Positions 41,658-51,037 of a DNA stretch of 64,000 nt are shown in pieces. A model generated the notes under the pieces. That model ran no database searches, was not told where the DNA came from, and saw nothing but the letters and a program-made list of their open reading frames with translations. Both the position numbers and the translations under genes were made by a program. This DNA is from an uncultured Bacteroidota bacterium (lineage in GTDB: Bacteria; Bacteroidota; Bacteroidia; Flavobacteriales; TMED113), in assembly GCA_902520385.1 (NCBI GenBank), contig CABYOB010000003.1:2845-66844 (forward strand), read 5' to 3'. The stretch's first letter is position 1. The number at the start of each line of letters is the position of its first letter.

Positions 41658-41782
41658 TTTTGTGCCATTATTTTTTTCTTAAATTAGAACCATGAAACTA
41701 ATTTAATTATTTTTTAAAACATCTGTTTTTACGAAGAGTAATGTGGTTAATTGATAGTTAAATAAATTCATAAATTTGTAAT

Positions 41783-41995
41783 ATGAAATTATTTATAAAA
41801 AATCAAAACAGATCAGAAAGAATAGTCCGATTTATTATATCACTATTTTTATTACCCACTCCATTTGTTCTTGAGTGTACAACTTATTCTATGATTCTAG
41901 GGATGTTAGGGGGGGTGTTATTATTCAACTCAATAGTCGGAACATGTTACATTTATAGAATCTTAGGAATTAGTACTTGTAGGATTAAAAAGTGA
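41783..41995 (+). CDS. DUF2892 (YgaP-like) small membrane protein
   Basis: 70 aa with the pattern ERIVRFIIS...GGVLLFNSIVGTCYIYRILGISTC. Confidence 0.5.
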   Translation: MKLFIKNQNRSERIVRFIISLFLLPTPFVLECTTYSMILGMLGGVLLFNSIVGTCYIYRILGISTCRIKK

Positions 41996-43281
41996 AAAAT
42001 CTATATATCCTATTATTCATTTTACCATTGATTGGGCTTGGACAAGGATGGGAACAGACCTTTGGAGGGACCGAACTTGATGTTGGCAGATCTGTTCAAC
42101 AAACAACAGACGGAGGATATATCATTTTTGGATATTCAAATAATTTTGGAATGGGTTATCCAGATTTTTATTTAATTAAAACATATGAAGATGGAGAAGA
42201 AGAATGGTTCCAAATCTATGAAGAGGGATTTAATGGTTACTCAGTACAACAAACAACAGACGGAGGATACATCATTTTTGGAGAAACATATACTTTTGAT
42301 GGTGACAATACTTTTGATTTTTATTTAATTAAAACAGATGGAATTGGAGAAGAAGAATGGTCTCAGGATTATGGTTTTTCGGGGATACATGATTTTGGTA
42401 GATCTGTCCAACAAACCACTGATGGGGGATACATTCTTTGTGGAACTACAAAAGGTGTTTTTGATAATAATGAATGGGAAGATTCGGAGATATATTTAAT
42501 AAAGACGAATGGTAGTGGAGAAGAAGAATGGTCTCAAACTTTTGAAGGATATGGGAATGGAGAGGAAGCTCAACAAACAACAGATGGAGGATATATCATT
42601 ACAGGGTTTTGTGGGAACCTTAACAATCGTGATGTTTGTCTAATCAAAACAGACCAAAATGGGGATGAACAGTGGTCACAAACATTTGGAGGAGAAGAAG
42701 ATGACATTGGTTGGTCAACTCAACAAACCACTGATGGGGGGTATATTATTACAGGAACCACAACTTCTTTTGGAAATGGAAATGATGATGTATATCTAAT
42801 CAAAACAGACGTAAATGGGGATGAAGAATGGTCACAAACATTTGGTGGAATATTTCCAGAGGGAGGCTATTCAGTCCAACAAACCTTGGATGGAGGATAT
42901 ATTATAACTGGAATGACAACGGATGAAAATGAAAACAGAGATGTATATTTAATCAAAACATATGAAAATGGAGATGAAGAATGGTCACAAACATTTGGTG
43001 AATCTAGTAATAATGATCTAGGTTATTCAGTCCAACAAACTTTGGATGAAGGATATATAATTACAGGATATACACAAGAAGGAGACACAGATGTCTATTT
43101 AATAAAAACAGACGAACAAGGAAACGTAACATCAACTATCGAACTACCAACCCCATCATCAAAAAGGGAATTGATAAAAACAACCAACATTCTAGGACAA
43201 GAAAACACAACCATTAAAAATCAACCATTAATAGAAATATATGATGATGGTTCGACCGAAAAAAAGATAGTGTTAGAATAG
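41992..43281 (+). CDS. secreted repeat protein (about 9 tandem roughly 45-aa beta-propeller-like repeats) with short C-terminal tag
   Basis: The recurring unit is SVQQTTDGGYIITG...DVYLIKTD.NGDEEWSQTFGG. The tail is LIKTTNILGQENTT...IEIYDDGSTEKKIVLE. GTG start overlaps the upstream stop. Confidence 0.7.
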   Translation: MKNLYILLFILPLIGLGQGWEQTFGGTELDVGRSVQQTTDGGYIIFGYSNNFGMGYPDFYLIKTYEDGEEEWFQIYEEGFNGYSVQQTTDGGYIIFGETYTFDGDNTFDFYLIKTDGIGEEEWSQDYGFSGIHDFGRSVQQTTDGGYILCGTTKGVFDNNEWEDSEIYLIKTNGSGEEEWSQTFEGYGNGEEAQQTTDGGYIITGFCGNLNNRDVCLIKTDQNGDEQWSQTFGGEEDDIGWSTQQTTDGGYIITGTTTSFGNGNDDVYLIKTDVNGDEEWSQTFGGIFPEGGYSVQQTLDGGYIITGMTTDENENRDVYLIKTYENGDEEWSQTFGESSNNDLGYSVQQTLDEGYIITGYTQEGDTDVYLIKTDEQGNVTSTIELPTPSSKRELIKTTNILGQENTTIKNQPLIEIYDDGSTEKKIVLE

Positions 43282-43403
43282 GTGTCAACCTAGAATTCCT
43301 TACTTACTCAGTTTATCATTACTTAATTTTTTACGAAGTATAATGTTGTTAATTGATAATGTGAATGATAAAATTATTTCGTTGGGTTTATTTTGAAGAA
43401 AGT

Positions 43404-43583
43404 TTAATTCGACTGACTATCTAAGAACAGCAACTCTTCTGGTGTTAAAGACCCCATCCCATTTTCTGATATTTTATCTAAAATTAAATCTAGATTCAGT
43501 TCTTCTTTCTTAATTTCCGGACTAGATTTAGACATTTGATTAAATACTCTTTTTGACCAATTTTTAAAAAATTCATTTTCCAT
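43404..43583 (-). CDS. unlisted 59-aa ORF, DUF6576-like small protein
   Basis: Hand translation gives MENEFFKNWSKRVFNQMSKSSPEIKKEELNLDLILDKISENGMGSLTPEELLFLDSQSN. It is just under the track length cutoff. The LDKISE.G..SLT.EE..FL pattern recalls the C-terminal DUF6576 of flavobacterial rhomboids. It is co-oriented with upstream genes. Confidence 0.35.
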   Translation of the reverse strand: MENEFFKNWSKRVFNQMSKSSPEIKKEELNLDLILDKISENGMGSLTPEELLFLDSQSN

Positions 43584-43638
43584 ATTAATAGACTTTAATT
43601 ATCAAATAATATACACTAAACGAAAAATAATTTATTTA

Positions 43639-43881
43639 TCAAAGCTTTCTCTTTAAAACAGATAGAATTTTTTTTTCACTTGTCCCCCCCCAACTTTCTA
43701 AAACTGCATTATTTTCATATAAATAAAAAAATGGATAATAAGGTGGTTGTAATTTTTTGGGCATTCCCTCTCCCATGATTGTTCTAAAACCTAAAGAATA
43801 ATTTTGAGCAATTTTTTTTACAGTTGGCTCAAACTCTTTGCAGGGCATACACCCTTTTTTTTTAATCATAACTATTTCCAT
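43639..43881 (-). CDS. small thioredoxin/glutaredoxin-like protein
   Basis: 80 aa with a CMPC (CxxC) motif near the N-terminus. Confidence 0.5.
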   Translation of the reverse strand: MEIVMIKKKGCMPCKEFEPTVKKIAQNYSLGFRTIMGEGMPKKLQPPYYPFFYLYENNAVLESWGGTSEKKILSVLKRKL

Positions 43882-43888
43882 ATTTTAA

Positions 43889-44374
43889 CTATTCAAAAAT
43901 GTTATACTTTTTTAAAACGGTACCATCATTATAAAGCTCAAAGTGTAGACCTTTAGTGATATTATCTTTACCAAGAATGTCTATTTTTTTAATCAATTTG
44001 GGCTGGATGTTGTTAATATATATAATGTTTAAAAAGGGCTCACATGAACATTGACAAACATCAGATAGGTTTACATCAAGGTACCCAAATGGAGTTAAAT
44101 CAGTATTACAATCTAAGGGAATATCAAATGGAAGAAAAGCTGAAAGGATACCCGATTCTAATGTGGGAATTAGTTCTTGACACCCTAATAAATCCTCTAT
44201 AAGAGAGGCATCTCCAAAAATTGAAACTATATCAATTAAAGTTTCATCTAAATCTTGACAACCAACAGCGCTGTTTAAATTAAGATTAATGTCATTGAAT
44301 TTAGCATTATTGTTTTTATTGTTTTGTGCTATTATTATGATGGGTAGTAAAATAAGGAATATAATTTTTTTCAT
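43889..44374 (-). CDS. secreted Cys-rich protein with short C-terminal tag
   Basis: Signal peptide ends ...IIAQ. The tail is LIKKIDILGKDNITKGLHFELYNDGTVLKKYNIFE. Confidence 0.5.
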   Translation of the reverse strand: MKKIIFLILLPIIIIAQNNKNNNAKFNDINLNLNSAVGCQDLDETLIDIVSIFGDASLIEDLLGCQELIPTLESGILSAFLPFDIPLDCNTDLTPFGYLDVNLSDVCQCSCEPFLNIIYINNIQPKLIKKIDILGKDNITKGLHFELYNDGTVLKKYNIFE

Positions 44375-44377
44375 TTT

Positions 44378-44713
44378 TTATCTTTTATATAAAGTGTTCC
44401 CAATTTTTAATGTTTTGCAGTCTATTATTTGAATAGTTTGATTGGGAATATTTGTGTTAGAGGTATTTTTAGTGTAAGTAAGTTCTATTTTTTGCTCACC
44501 AATATTTTTCCATGTGCCCCAAGCGCTAATTCCTCCGAATAAAGTAGTACTATAATTAAATGATTTATCAGAAGAAAATTTCCAAGCCATCTTTGGAGTC
44601 TCACAATTTGGAACACACCAATCAAAACCAACTAAACAACTATCAGTTTTTTGATTTTCATTATTACAAGAAAAAAATACAGTAATCACAATTATTGAAA
44701 TAAACTTTCTCAT
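44378..44713 (-). CDS. hypothetical lipoprotein
   Basis: Probable start MRKFISIIVITVFFSC with a lipobox. The track ORF extends to 44770. Confidence 0.45.
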   Translation of the reverse strand: MRKFISIIVITVFFSCNNENQKTDSCLVGFDWCVPNCETPKMAWKFSSDKSFNYSTTLFGGISAWGTWKNIGEQKIELTYTKNTSNTNIPNQTIQIIDCKTLKIGNTLYKR

Positions 44714-44813
44714 TCTAATTTTTTTTGAGTTAATCAAATATAACAGTTTTCTGTTTTTCAAAAAAAACAAATTGTAATTAGTTGGATTATTTTATTACAC
44801 GTATTTTTGCATT

Positions 44814-45272
44814 ATGATTCATCAAATAAAAAAAGAGCAGTTTTTAAACGCAAGCATAGAAGATGTTTGGGATTTTGTTTCATCCCCTAAAAATTTAAAG
44901 AAAATAACACCAGATTATATGAATTTTGTTATTAAATCTAAAAATCGTGAAGAAAAAATTTATCCTGGGATGATTATTTGCTATAAGGTTTCACCACTAT
45001 TAAAAATACCAACTAGCTGGGTAACAGAAATAACACATGTTGAAAAAAATAAACTTTTTGTTGATGAACAGAGAGTTGGTCCATATAAAATATGGCACCA
45101 CGAACATTTATTTAAGCAAGAAGAAAAAGGAGTTTTAATGATAGATATAATCTCTTATAAATTACCATTTGGAATCTTGGGCAGATTAGTTAATTATTTT
45201 TTCATTAATAAAAAGATAAACAAGATTTTTAATTATCGATATGACAGAATGAAAGAAATTTTTAACACTTAA
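44814..45272 (+). CDS. SRPBCC (START/Bet v1-like) family protein
   Basis: 152 aa with W.F.S.P.NL..ITP...F and GPYK.WHHEH blocks. Confidence 0.6.
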   Translation: MIHQIKKEQFLNASIEDVWDFVSSPKNLKKITPDYMNFVIKSKNREEKIYPGMIICYKVSPLLKIPTSWVTEITHVEKNKLFVDEQRVGPYKIWHHEHLFKQEEKGVLMIDIISYKLPFGILGRLVNYFFINKKINKIFNYRYDRMKEIFNT

Positions 45273-45283
45273 ATTTAGCAACT

Positions 45284-45865
45284 ATGAGCTTGAAAAATGG
45301 AAAATACCTATTTGCAACAATATTATTAATTATGTTTCTATTTAGTTCGTTATTTACAACATCTCAAAATTTAGATAATACATATCACGTATTAAAAAAA
45401 ATAGAAGATGTTGAAATTAGGGAGTATTCTCCTTTATTATATGCAAGTTATTTAAACGAAGATGGTGAGAATAATCAGAATTCTTCATTTCGGGTTTTAG
45501 CTGACTATATTTTCGGATCTAATAATAAAAAAGAAAAAATAGAAATGACATCACCAGTCATAATAAAATTACATAATGATAGGGAAATGTTATTTAGGAT
45601 GCCAAAAAAGTATGATAAAAAAAATTTACCAGAGCCTACAAACTCGGACATAAAAATTGTTAAAAGTAATAAAATGAGAAGGGCTACAATTAGATTTTCA
45701 GGATATACTAACAAGCAAAAGGAGTTAAAAATGGCAAAACTTCTAAAGAAAACTTTAGATAAAAATAATATTAAACATACAAATAAATTTGAGCTGTTTG
45801 TTTATGACCCTCCTTATAAACCATTTAATAGAAGAAATGAAATTTCTGTAGAGATTGTTAATTAA
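45284..45865 (+). CDS. SOUL heme-binding family protein
   Basis: YEIREYSP...FRVLADYIFG.N...IEMTSPV...YDPPYKPFNRRNEI. Confidence 0.7.
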   Translation: MSLKNGKYLFATILLIMFLFSSLFTTSQNLDNTYHVLKKIEDVEIREYSPLLYASYLNEDGENNQNSSFRVLADYIFGSNNKKEKIEMTSPVIIKLHNDREMLFRMPKKYDKKNLPEPTNSDIKIVKSNKMRRATIRFSGYTNKQKELKMAKLLKKTLDKNNIKHTNKFELFVYDPPYKPFNRRNEISVEIVN

Positions 45866-46052
45866 ATTAATTTTTTAGAAGTTATTAGCTTTTGTAATTT
45901 TAGCTTCAGTTTACTTAATTTTATTTTTCTCCACCATATTTTATTTTCATCTCCTTGATTAGTGGCCCGATGAATCTTTTTATTTAGTTTGTTAATTTTT
46001 TTACTTAAGTACGCTTCGTCAATTTCTTTCATAGATATCATTTATATTAACT

Positions 46053-46072
46053 ATAATACAACGTTATATAAT
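46053..46072. promoter_or_regulatory. imperfect 20-bp palindrome upstream of umuD (candidate operator)
   Basis: ATAATACAACGTTATATAAT is symmetric about AACGTT in 16 of 20 positions. It lies about 75 nt upstream of umuD ATG 46148. Confidence 0.25.
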
Positions 46073-46147
46073 TAATAATATTATAATTTTTTAATTACTT
46101 AATGTATTTAGAGTTCATATCATTAAAGAAAAATTTTATATTTAAAC

Positions 46148-46606
46148 ATGACTCTCAAATTACCAAATATGACAAATAAATCAAGCGTTATTTTTTATAA
46201 AAATGGCTCTAAAAAGCCTATGACCATGCCTTATTTTGAAGAGGGTGTTTCGGCGGGATTTCCTTCCCCTGCAGAAAACTTTATGGAGGGAGAGATAGAT
46301 TTAAATAATATTTTGATTACTAATCCCACCTCTACTTACTATGTTCGAGTTTTTGGTGATAGTATGAAGGATATAGGAATTATGAGCGGAGATTTGCTAA
46401 TAGTAGATAGGTCTTTAGAAATCACAAATAATTGTATAGTTGTAGCTTATATTGACGGAGAGTTTACTGTTAAGCGTATTAAAAAATCAAAAGACAAAAT
46501 ATTTTTAATAGCAGAAAATGAAATGTATAGAGACATAGAAATTACTAAAGAAATGAAATTCAATTTATTTGGAGTTGTTATTCATGCAATACATCACTTT
46601 GTATGA
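46148..46606 (+). CDS. umuD: S24 peptidase, UmuD-like translesion polymerase accessory subunit
   Basis: It has an Ala-Gly cleavage context (VSAGFPSPA), catalytic GDSM and a TVKR Lys. It overlaps umuC by 4 nt. Confidence 0.8.
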   Translation: MTLKLPNMTNKSSVIFYKNGSKKPMTMPYFEEGVSAGFPSPAENFMEGEIDLNNILITNPTSTYYVRVFGDSMKDIGIMSGDLLIVDRSLEITNNCIVVAYIDGEFTVKRIKKSKDKIFLIAENEMYRDIEITKEMKFNLFGVVIHAIHHFV

Positions 46607-47850
46607 TAGGGTTAGCAGATTGCAATAATTTTTATGCTTCTTGTGAAAGAATATTTCATCCAGAGATAAATAATAAACCAGTTTTAGTATTATCTAATAA
46701 TGATGGATGCGTCATCGCAAGAAGCGATGAATCAAAGGCCTTAGGTATAAAAATGGGAGAGCCAGTTTTTAAAATTAAAGGATTAATTAAAGAAAATAAG
46801 ATTAATGTTTTTTCAAGTAACTTTCCTTTGTATGGAGATTTATCTCGTCGTGTTATGAGAACCTTGCAATCAGAATTAAAGGCAATAGAAATTTATTCCA
46901 TAGATGAGGCATTTTTAGATTTTTCAGATTACCTAAGTTTAGAAAGGGTTTTAAGTATAAGAAAAAAAGTTCAAAAATGGACAGGCATACCAATCTCTAT
47001 TGGGGTGGCGCCTAACAAAACTTTAGCTAAAGTGGCCAATCATATAGCTAAAAAAGAACAAAGAGGTGTTTTTATATTAGATAATAAGTTGTTAATTAAA
47101 AAAGTTTTAAATGATTTTCCAGTTGAGTCTTTATGGGGAATAGGAAGGAAATATGCTAGAAGATTAAAAGTAATGAATATAAAAACAGCATTAGAGCTTA
47201 GAGATGCTAACCCTGTGTGGTTAAGGAAATGTTTTTCAATCAACACAATTAAATTACAAAATGAATTAAAAGGTGCATTAATGTATAATTTGAATAATTT
47301 TAAAACAACAAAAAAAAGTATTTGCACCTCACAATCTTTCGGTAGAGAAATAAAAGATTTTAATAATTTACATGAGGCAATTAGTAATTTTGCAAGTAAT
47401 TCCGCACTTAAGCTTAGAAGAGAAAATAGCTACTGTTCTAAAATTTCTGTTTTTTTAATGACAAATCGTTTTAATTTAGATGTTAAGCAATATAATCCAA
47501 GTATTACTCTTGCTTTTGACACGCCTACTAATGATAGTATGGAAATAATTAATAAGTCAAAAGAGGCATTAAAGTTAATTTATAGTCATAAATTCAGTTA
47601 TAAAAAAGCAGGTGTAGTTCTTCATGCTAATACTAAAAACAAACAGATTCAAATGTCTTTTTTTGATAATATTAATAGAGTAAAAAGAAATAAACTAATG
47701 GAGTCTATTGATAGTTTAAATTTAACACTAGGGAAAAATAAAATTCGTTTTGCTTCACAGGGTTTTAATGAAAAATGGCAATCAAAAAGACAGAAACTTT
47801 CTCCTAGCTATACTACTAAATATGACGAGATCTTAACAATTAAAATTTAA
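46603..47850 (+). CDS. umuC: Y-family DNA polymerase, UmuC-like
   Basis: N-terminal IGLADCNNFYASCE, then SNNDGCVIARS and SIDEAFLD catalytic blocks. Confidence 0.85.
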   Translation: MIGLADCNNFYASCERIFHPEINNKPVLVLSNNDGCVIARSDESKALGIKMGEPVFKIKGLIKENKINVFSSNFPLYGDLSRRVMRTLQSELKAIEIYSIDEAFLDFSDYLSLERVLSIRKKVQKWTGIPISIGVAPNKTLAKVANHIAKKEQRGVFILDNKLLIKKVLNDFPVESLWGIGRKYARRLKVMNIKTALELRDANPVWLRKCFSINTIKLQNELKGALMYNLNNFKTTKKSICTSQSFGREIKDFNNLHEAISNFASNSALKLRRENSYCSKISVFLMTNRFNLDVKQYNPSITLAFDTPTNDSMEIINKSKEALKLIYSHKFSYKKAGVVLHANTKNKQIQMSFFDNINRVKRNKLMESIDSLNLTLGKNKIRFASQGFNEKWQSKRQKLSPSYTTKYDEILTIKI

Positions 47851-47855
47851 TTTTT

Positions 47856-48464
47856 ATGAAGAAAGAAATTTTTTTAGACACAAAAGAATTAGAAAACATG
47901 GAAAGAGTTAAAAGGCTTAAACTTATTAATTCGGTGTCTGGTGTAAAAAGTGCAAATTTGATAGGAACTAAATCTAAAAATGGTGTTAGCAATTTATGTA
48001 TTGTGAGCTCAGTAACACATATTGGAAGTAACCCGCCGTTTATTGGGTTTATATGTCGACCAAACAACAAAGTAAAAAGAGATACATTTAATAATCTATT
48101 AGAAAATCCATACTTCACTATTAATAGCGTAGAGCAATCAAAAATTGATAATGCTCATCAAACTTCAGGTAAATACAGTCAAGAAGTCTCAGAGTTTGAA
48201 GAGTGTAATTTAAAAGAAGTTTATTTTAAAAATTTCCCAATCCCATTTGTTTTAACAAGTAGAATAAAAATAGGTTTAAAGTTAAAACAAAAAAAGAAGT
48301 TAGTAAATGGAACATATTTCATTGTAGGAAAAATAGAATTATTAGTTTTTCCTAATTCTAATTTTGAAAAAACAATGGACAATAGTGTGGGTGTTGTTGG
48401 TTTGAATACGTATTATTCAATTAAAAAGATTAAAGAATTAGATTACGTAAGAATAAAAAAATAA
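47856..48464 (+). CDS. flavin reductase-like (FMN-binding split barrel) protein
   Basis: The pattern L.NS.SG.K.ANLIGT....G..NL...SS..H.GS.PP..GF..RP matches. The call is tentative. Confidence 0.5.
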   Translation: MKKEIFLDTKELENMERVKRLKLINSVSGVKSANLIGTKSKNGVSNLCIVSSVTHIGSNPPFIGFICRPNNKVKRDTFNNLLENPYFTINSVEQSKIDNAHQTSGKYSQEVSEFEECNLKEVYFKNFPIPFVLTSRIKIGLKLKQKKKLVNGTYFIVGKIELLVFPNSNFEKTMDNSVGVVGLNTYYSIKKIKELDYVRIKK

Positions 48465-48508
48465 ATTTATTTGTTATTTATATTTAAAAATCAAAAGATA
48501 AGTCATTT

Positions 48509-48913
48509 ATGAAAAATTTAATACAAGTATTCACTGGTTGTCTTCTTTTCTTGTCATTGGGGTGTGATCAAGATGAAGAAAATCATAGTCATAATGAAAA
48601 TGAAATAATAACTCATACTATATTCGCGGGTAATTTTTATTATGATCCTCCAAACATCACAATTAATCAAGGTGAAGAAATTAGATGGATAAACGATGGA
48701 GGGCTACATGATGTTAATGCAGAAATTAATTCGCTTACTAATACCCCTTTTGATAATCCAGAAGTGTTTAATTCAGCTTCAACCTCTGTTGTGGGTGCGG
48801 AAATATATAGACATATATTTAACATACCAGGTTTTTACAATTACGATTGTTCAGTTGGAGGTCATGCATTGAATGGTATGGTTGGGACAATTACTGTGTT
48901 AACCTTAGAATAA
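48509..48913 (+). CDS. plastocyanin-like cupredoxin lipoprotein
   Basis: Lipobox SLGC. Type-1 Cu ligand spacing is HDVN ... YDCSVGGHALNGM. Confidence 0.7.
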   Translation: MKNLIQVFTGCLLFLSLGCDQDEENHSHNENEIITHTIFAGNFYYDPPNITINQGEEIRWINDGGLHDVNAEINSLTNTPFDNPEVFNSASTSVVGAEIYRHIFNIPGFYNYDCSVGGHALNGMVGTITVLTLE

Positions 48914-48945
48914 AGCGTATGTTAGTAAGAATAAAAAATTAAAAT

Positions 48946-49083
48946 ATGAGATTTATTAATTGGCATAAGAAGATGGGTGAAAAACGCATGTTGAAATATG
49001 GTTTAGATTGGTATTCAGTAGCATGGATTTCTTGGATTAAAGGTCTAATTTCGGGAATAGTTATTTATCATTTTTTTATTTAG
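48946..49083 (+). CDS. unlisted 45-aa ORF, possible small membrane protein
   Basis: Hand translation gives MRFINWHKKMGEKRMLKYGLDWYSVAWISWIKGLISGIVIYHFFI. It is Trp-rich with one hydrophobic helix and fills an otherwise empty 174-bp gap. Confidence 0.3.
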   Translation: MRFINWHKKMGEKRMLKYGLDWYSVAWISWIKGLISGIVIYHFFI

Positions 49084-49087
49084 CATA

Positions 49088-49492
49088 ATGAAAAAAGTAT
49101 TACTTATTATACCATTATTATTAGGCTGTTCTCAAGAAAAATTAGATAGTTGTAATGCTGAAAATTATTTTGCTTCTATTAATGAAAATTTTAATTCCGG
49201 CTATATAAATTATCAAAGAGAGATTTACACAACACTTTCAGAAGAAGAGATGGATTCTGTTTTTAATAACACAACAATTAGTTGTAAAGAAATTTTATCT
49301 CAATTTTTTTATTGTAATATTTGCTTTAATCATGACACAAATTATTTAATTTCTTATAGTGGAAAAAGATATGAGATTAATAATGCTGATGATTCAAATA
49401 CGTTTACTAGTAACTTAATTAGTTTAATTAGTTCTATGCGAATTGGCTCAGAGGAGTATCAGGTTTTTTTAAATTCAGTTAAATTAAACTAA
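49088..49492 (+). CDS. hypothetical lipoprotein
   Basis: Lipobox LLGC. No recognisable domain. Confidence 0.45.
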   Translation: MKKVLLIIPLLLGCSQEKLDSCNAENYFASINENFNSGYINYQREIYTTLSEEEMDSVFNNTTISCKEILSQFFYCNICFNHDTNYLISYSGKRYEINNADDSNTFTSNLISLISSMRIGSEEYQVFLNSVKLN

Positions 49493-49493
49493 C

Positions 49494-50174
49494 ATGAAAC
49501 AGATATTATATATAATTATCACACCATTTTTAGTGTTTAGTCAAACACCTTGTTTAGACGCTGTAGCAAATGCTACTGGGGCGATTGGAGAATATATTCC
49601 TCAATGCGAAGAAGATGGTTCTTATTCGTTATTGCAATGTTGGTCAAGTACGGGTTATTGTTGGTGTGTAGATGAAAATGGGGTAGAAATACCAGGTAGT
49701 TCTATGGGGCCCGGAGAGGGGATACCTAATTGCTACGATTCAATATTTTGTTCTCAATTAAATGTGACGGATATAGATATTGATACTTTAAATATGATAA
49801 TCGATATTGCAATCTTTGATGGAAATAATGGTGCACCATATCCATATGTAGCTTATACTATAGACAATATGGGAGACACTATACAAACTGGAAACATGAA
49901 TTCATTTGGAAATCTAGGACAGGACACCTCATGGTACATGTATCCATTAAATTCTTTACCAACATACCCATTAAATATTTATTATGTATATGGCATGAAT
50001 GCAGATACTTGCATGCTATCATATGATCTTCCGGTCACAACTATTAATGAAAATGTTATTAAAAAAAAATTACTTAAAATTATTAATATTTCAGGTCAAG
50101 AAAATCAAAATAGAAGAGGTTTAAAATTACTAATCTATGATGATGGGACCGTTAAAAAAAAATATAAACTATGA
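49494..50174 (+). CDS. secreted protein with thyroglobulin type-1 domain and short C-terminal tag
   Basis: YIPQCEEDGSYSLLQCWSSTGYCWCVDENG fits the thyroglobulin type-1 signature position by position. The tail is LLKIINISGQENQNRRGLKLLIYDDGTVKKKYKL. Confidence 0.65.
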   Translation: MKQILYIIITPFLVFSQTPCLDAVANATGAIGEYIPQCEEDGSYSLLQCWSSTGYCWCVDENGVEIPGSSMGPGEGIPNCYDSIFCSQLNVTDIDIDTLNMIIDIAIFDGNNGAPYPYVAYTIDNMGDTIQTGNMNSFGNLGQDTSWYMYPLNSLPTYPLNIYYVYGMNADTCMLSYDLPVTTINENVIKKKLLKIINISGQENQNRRGLKLLIYDDGTVKKKYKL

Positions 50175-50524
50175 AAAATATTTTCTTTATTTCTTTATTT
50201 CTTTTTTGTTTAGGTTGTCAAAATCAAACAAATTCTTTTCTTGGAAAGTGGGACATGTATGATGACAAAAATAATCATTTAGGATATTGTGAGTATAATC
50301 AAGATTTCACATTAAATTCATTTTTAACTAATATGCCCGGTGGCTCAAAAAACAAAAAAATGCCAACAATGATTTGGGAAGACAGTCAAGGTCAATTGTG
50401 TACTGAAACACCAGAAGGAAAAAGAAGACAATGTATTCAATATGAATGGGTTAATAAAAATAATTTTATACTTAAGGTAAAAGGAAGTGACAGAAACATG
50501 GACATTGTCTTTAAAAGGAAATAA
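50171..50524 (+). CDS. hypothetical lipoprotein
   Basis: Lipobox CLGC. It overlaps the upstream stop by 4 nt. Confidence 0.45.
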   Translation: MKNIFFISLFLFCLGCQNQTNSFLGKWDMYDDKNNHLGYCEYNQDFTLNSFLTNMPGGSKNKKMPTMIWEDSQGQLCTETPEGKRRQCIQYEWVNKNNFILKVKGSDRNMDIVFKRK

Positions 50525-50575
50525 TAAAATTAAGGTATAATGTAGTATGAAAAAATTTAACATAAATTTGATTTA

Positions 50576-51037
50576 ATGAAAAAATTATTTTTAATTCTCA
50601 TTACAATATTCTTTTTTTTTTCTTGTGAAGTTGAAGAAGAAAATAATAATGACATAAACGATAATCCTAACACGGTTTATGTTGGGGATTGGAATTTTAA
50701 GGGAAATGGCGTGTCATATTCAGGCTACTACACCTATGATTCTCTACTTAATTCTGAATGGGTAGCAAACGTAACATATACAACAAATTATAACGACAGT
50801 ACTGGCAGTATTCAATTAGGAGACAATATAAACGAACTTATTTTTAAATATTGTAATTCTTGCGATCCGGTTATTTATGACCTTAATAACAATGGAGAGC
50901 AGCAGTGGTCTGAAAGCAATGGTAATTATACTGGATGGACTCTTACCGATTCAACTTTTTTTCGTATAGTTATCCCCTCATCCCCGGGATATTCGGACAG
51001 CTATACTACCTATGATATTGAAGGATGGAAATTATAA
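50576..51037 (+). CDS. hypothetical lipoprotein
   Basis: Lipobox FFSC. No recognisable domain. Confidence 0.45.
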   Translation: MKKLFLILITIFFFFSCEVEEENNNDINDNPNTVYVGDWNFKGNGVSYSGYYTYDSLLNSEWVANVTYTTNYNDSTGSIQLGDNINELIFKYCNSCDPVIYDLNNNGEQQWSESNGNYTGWTLTDSTFFRIVIPSSPGYSDSYTTYDIEGWKL

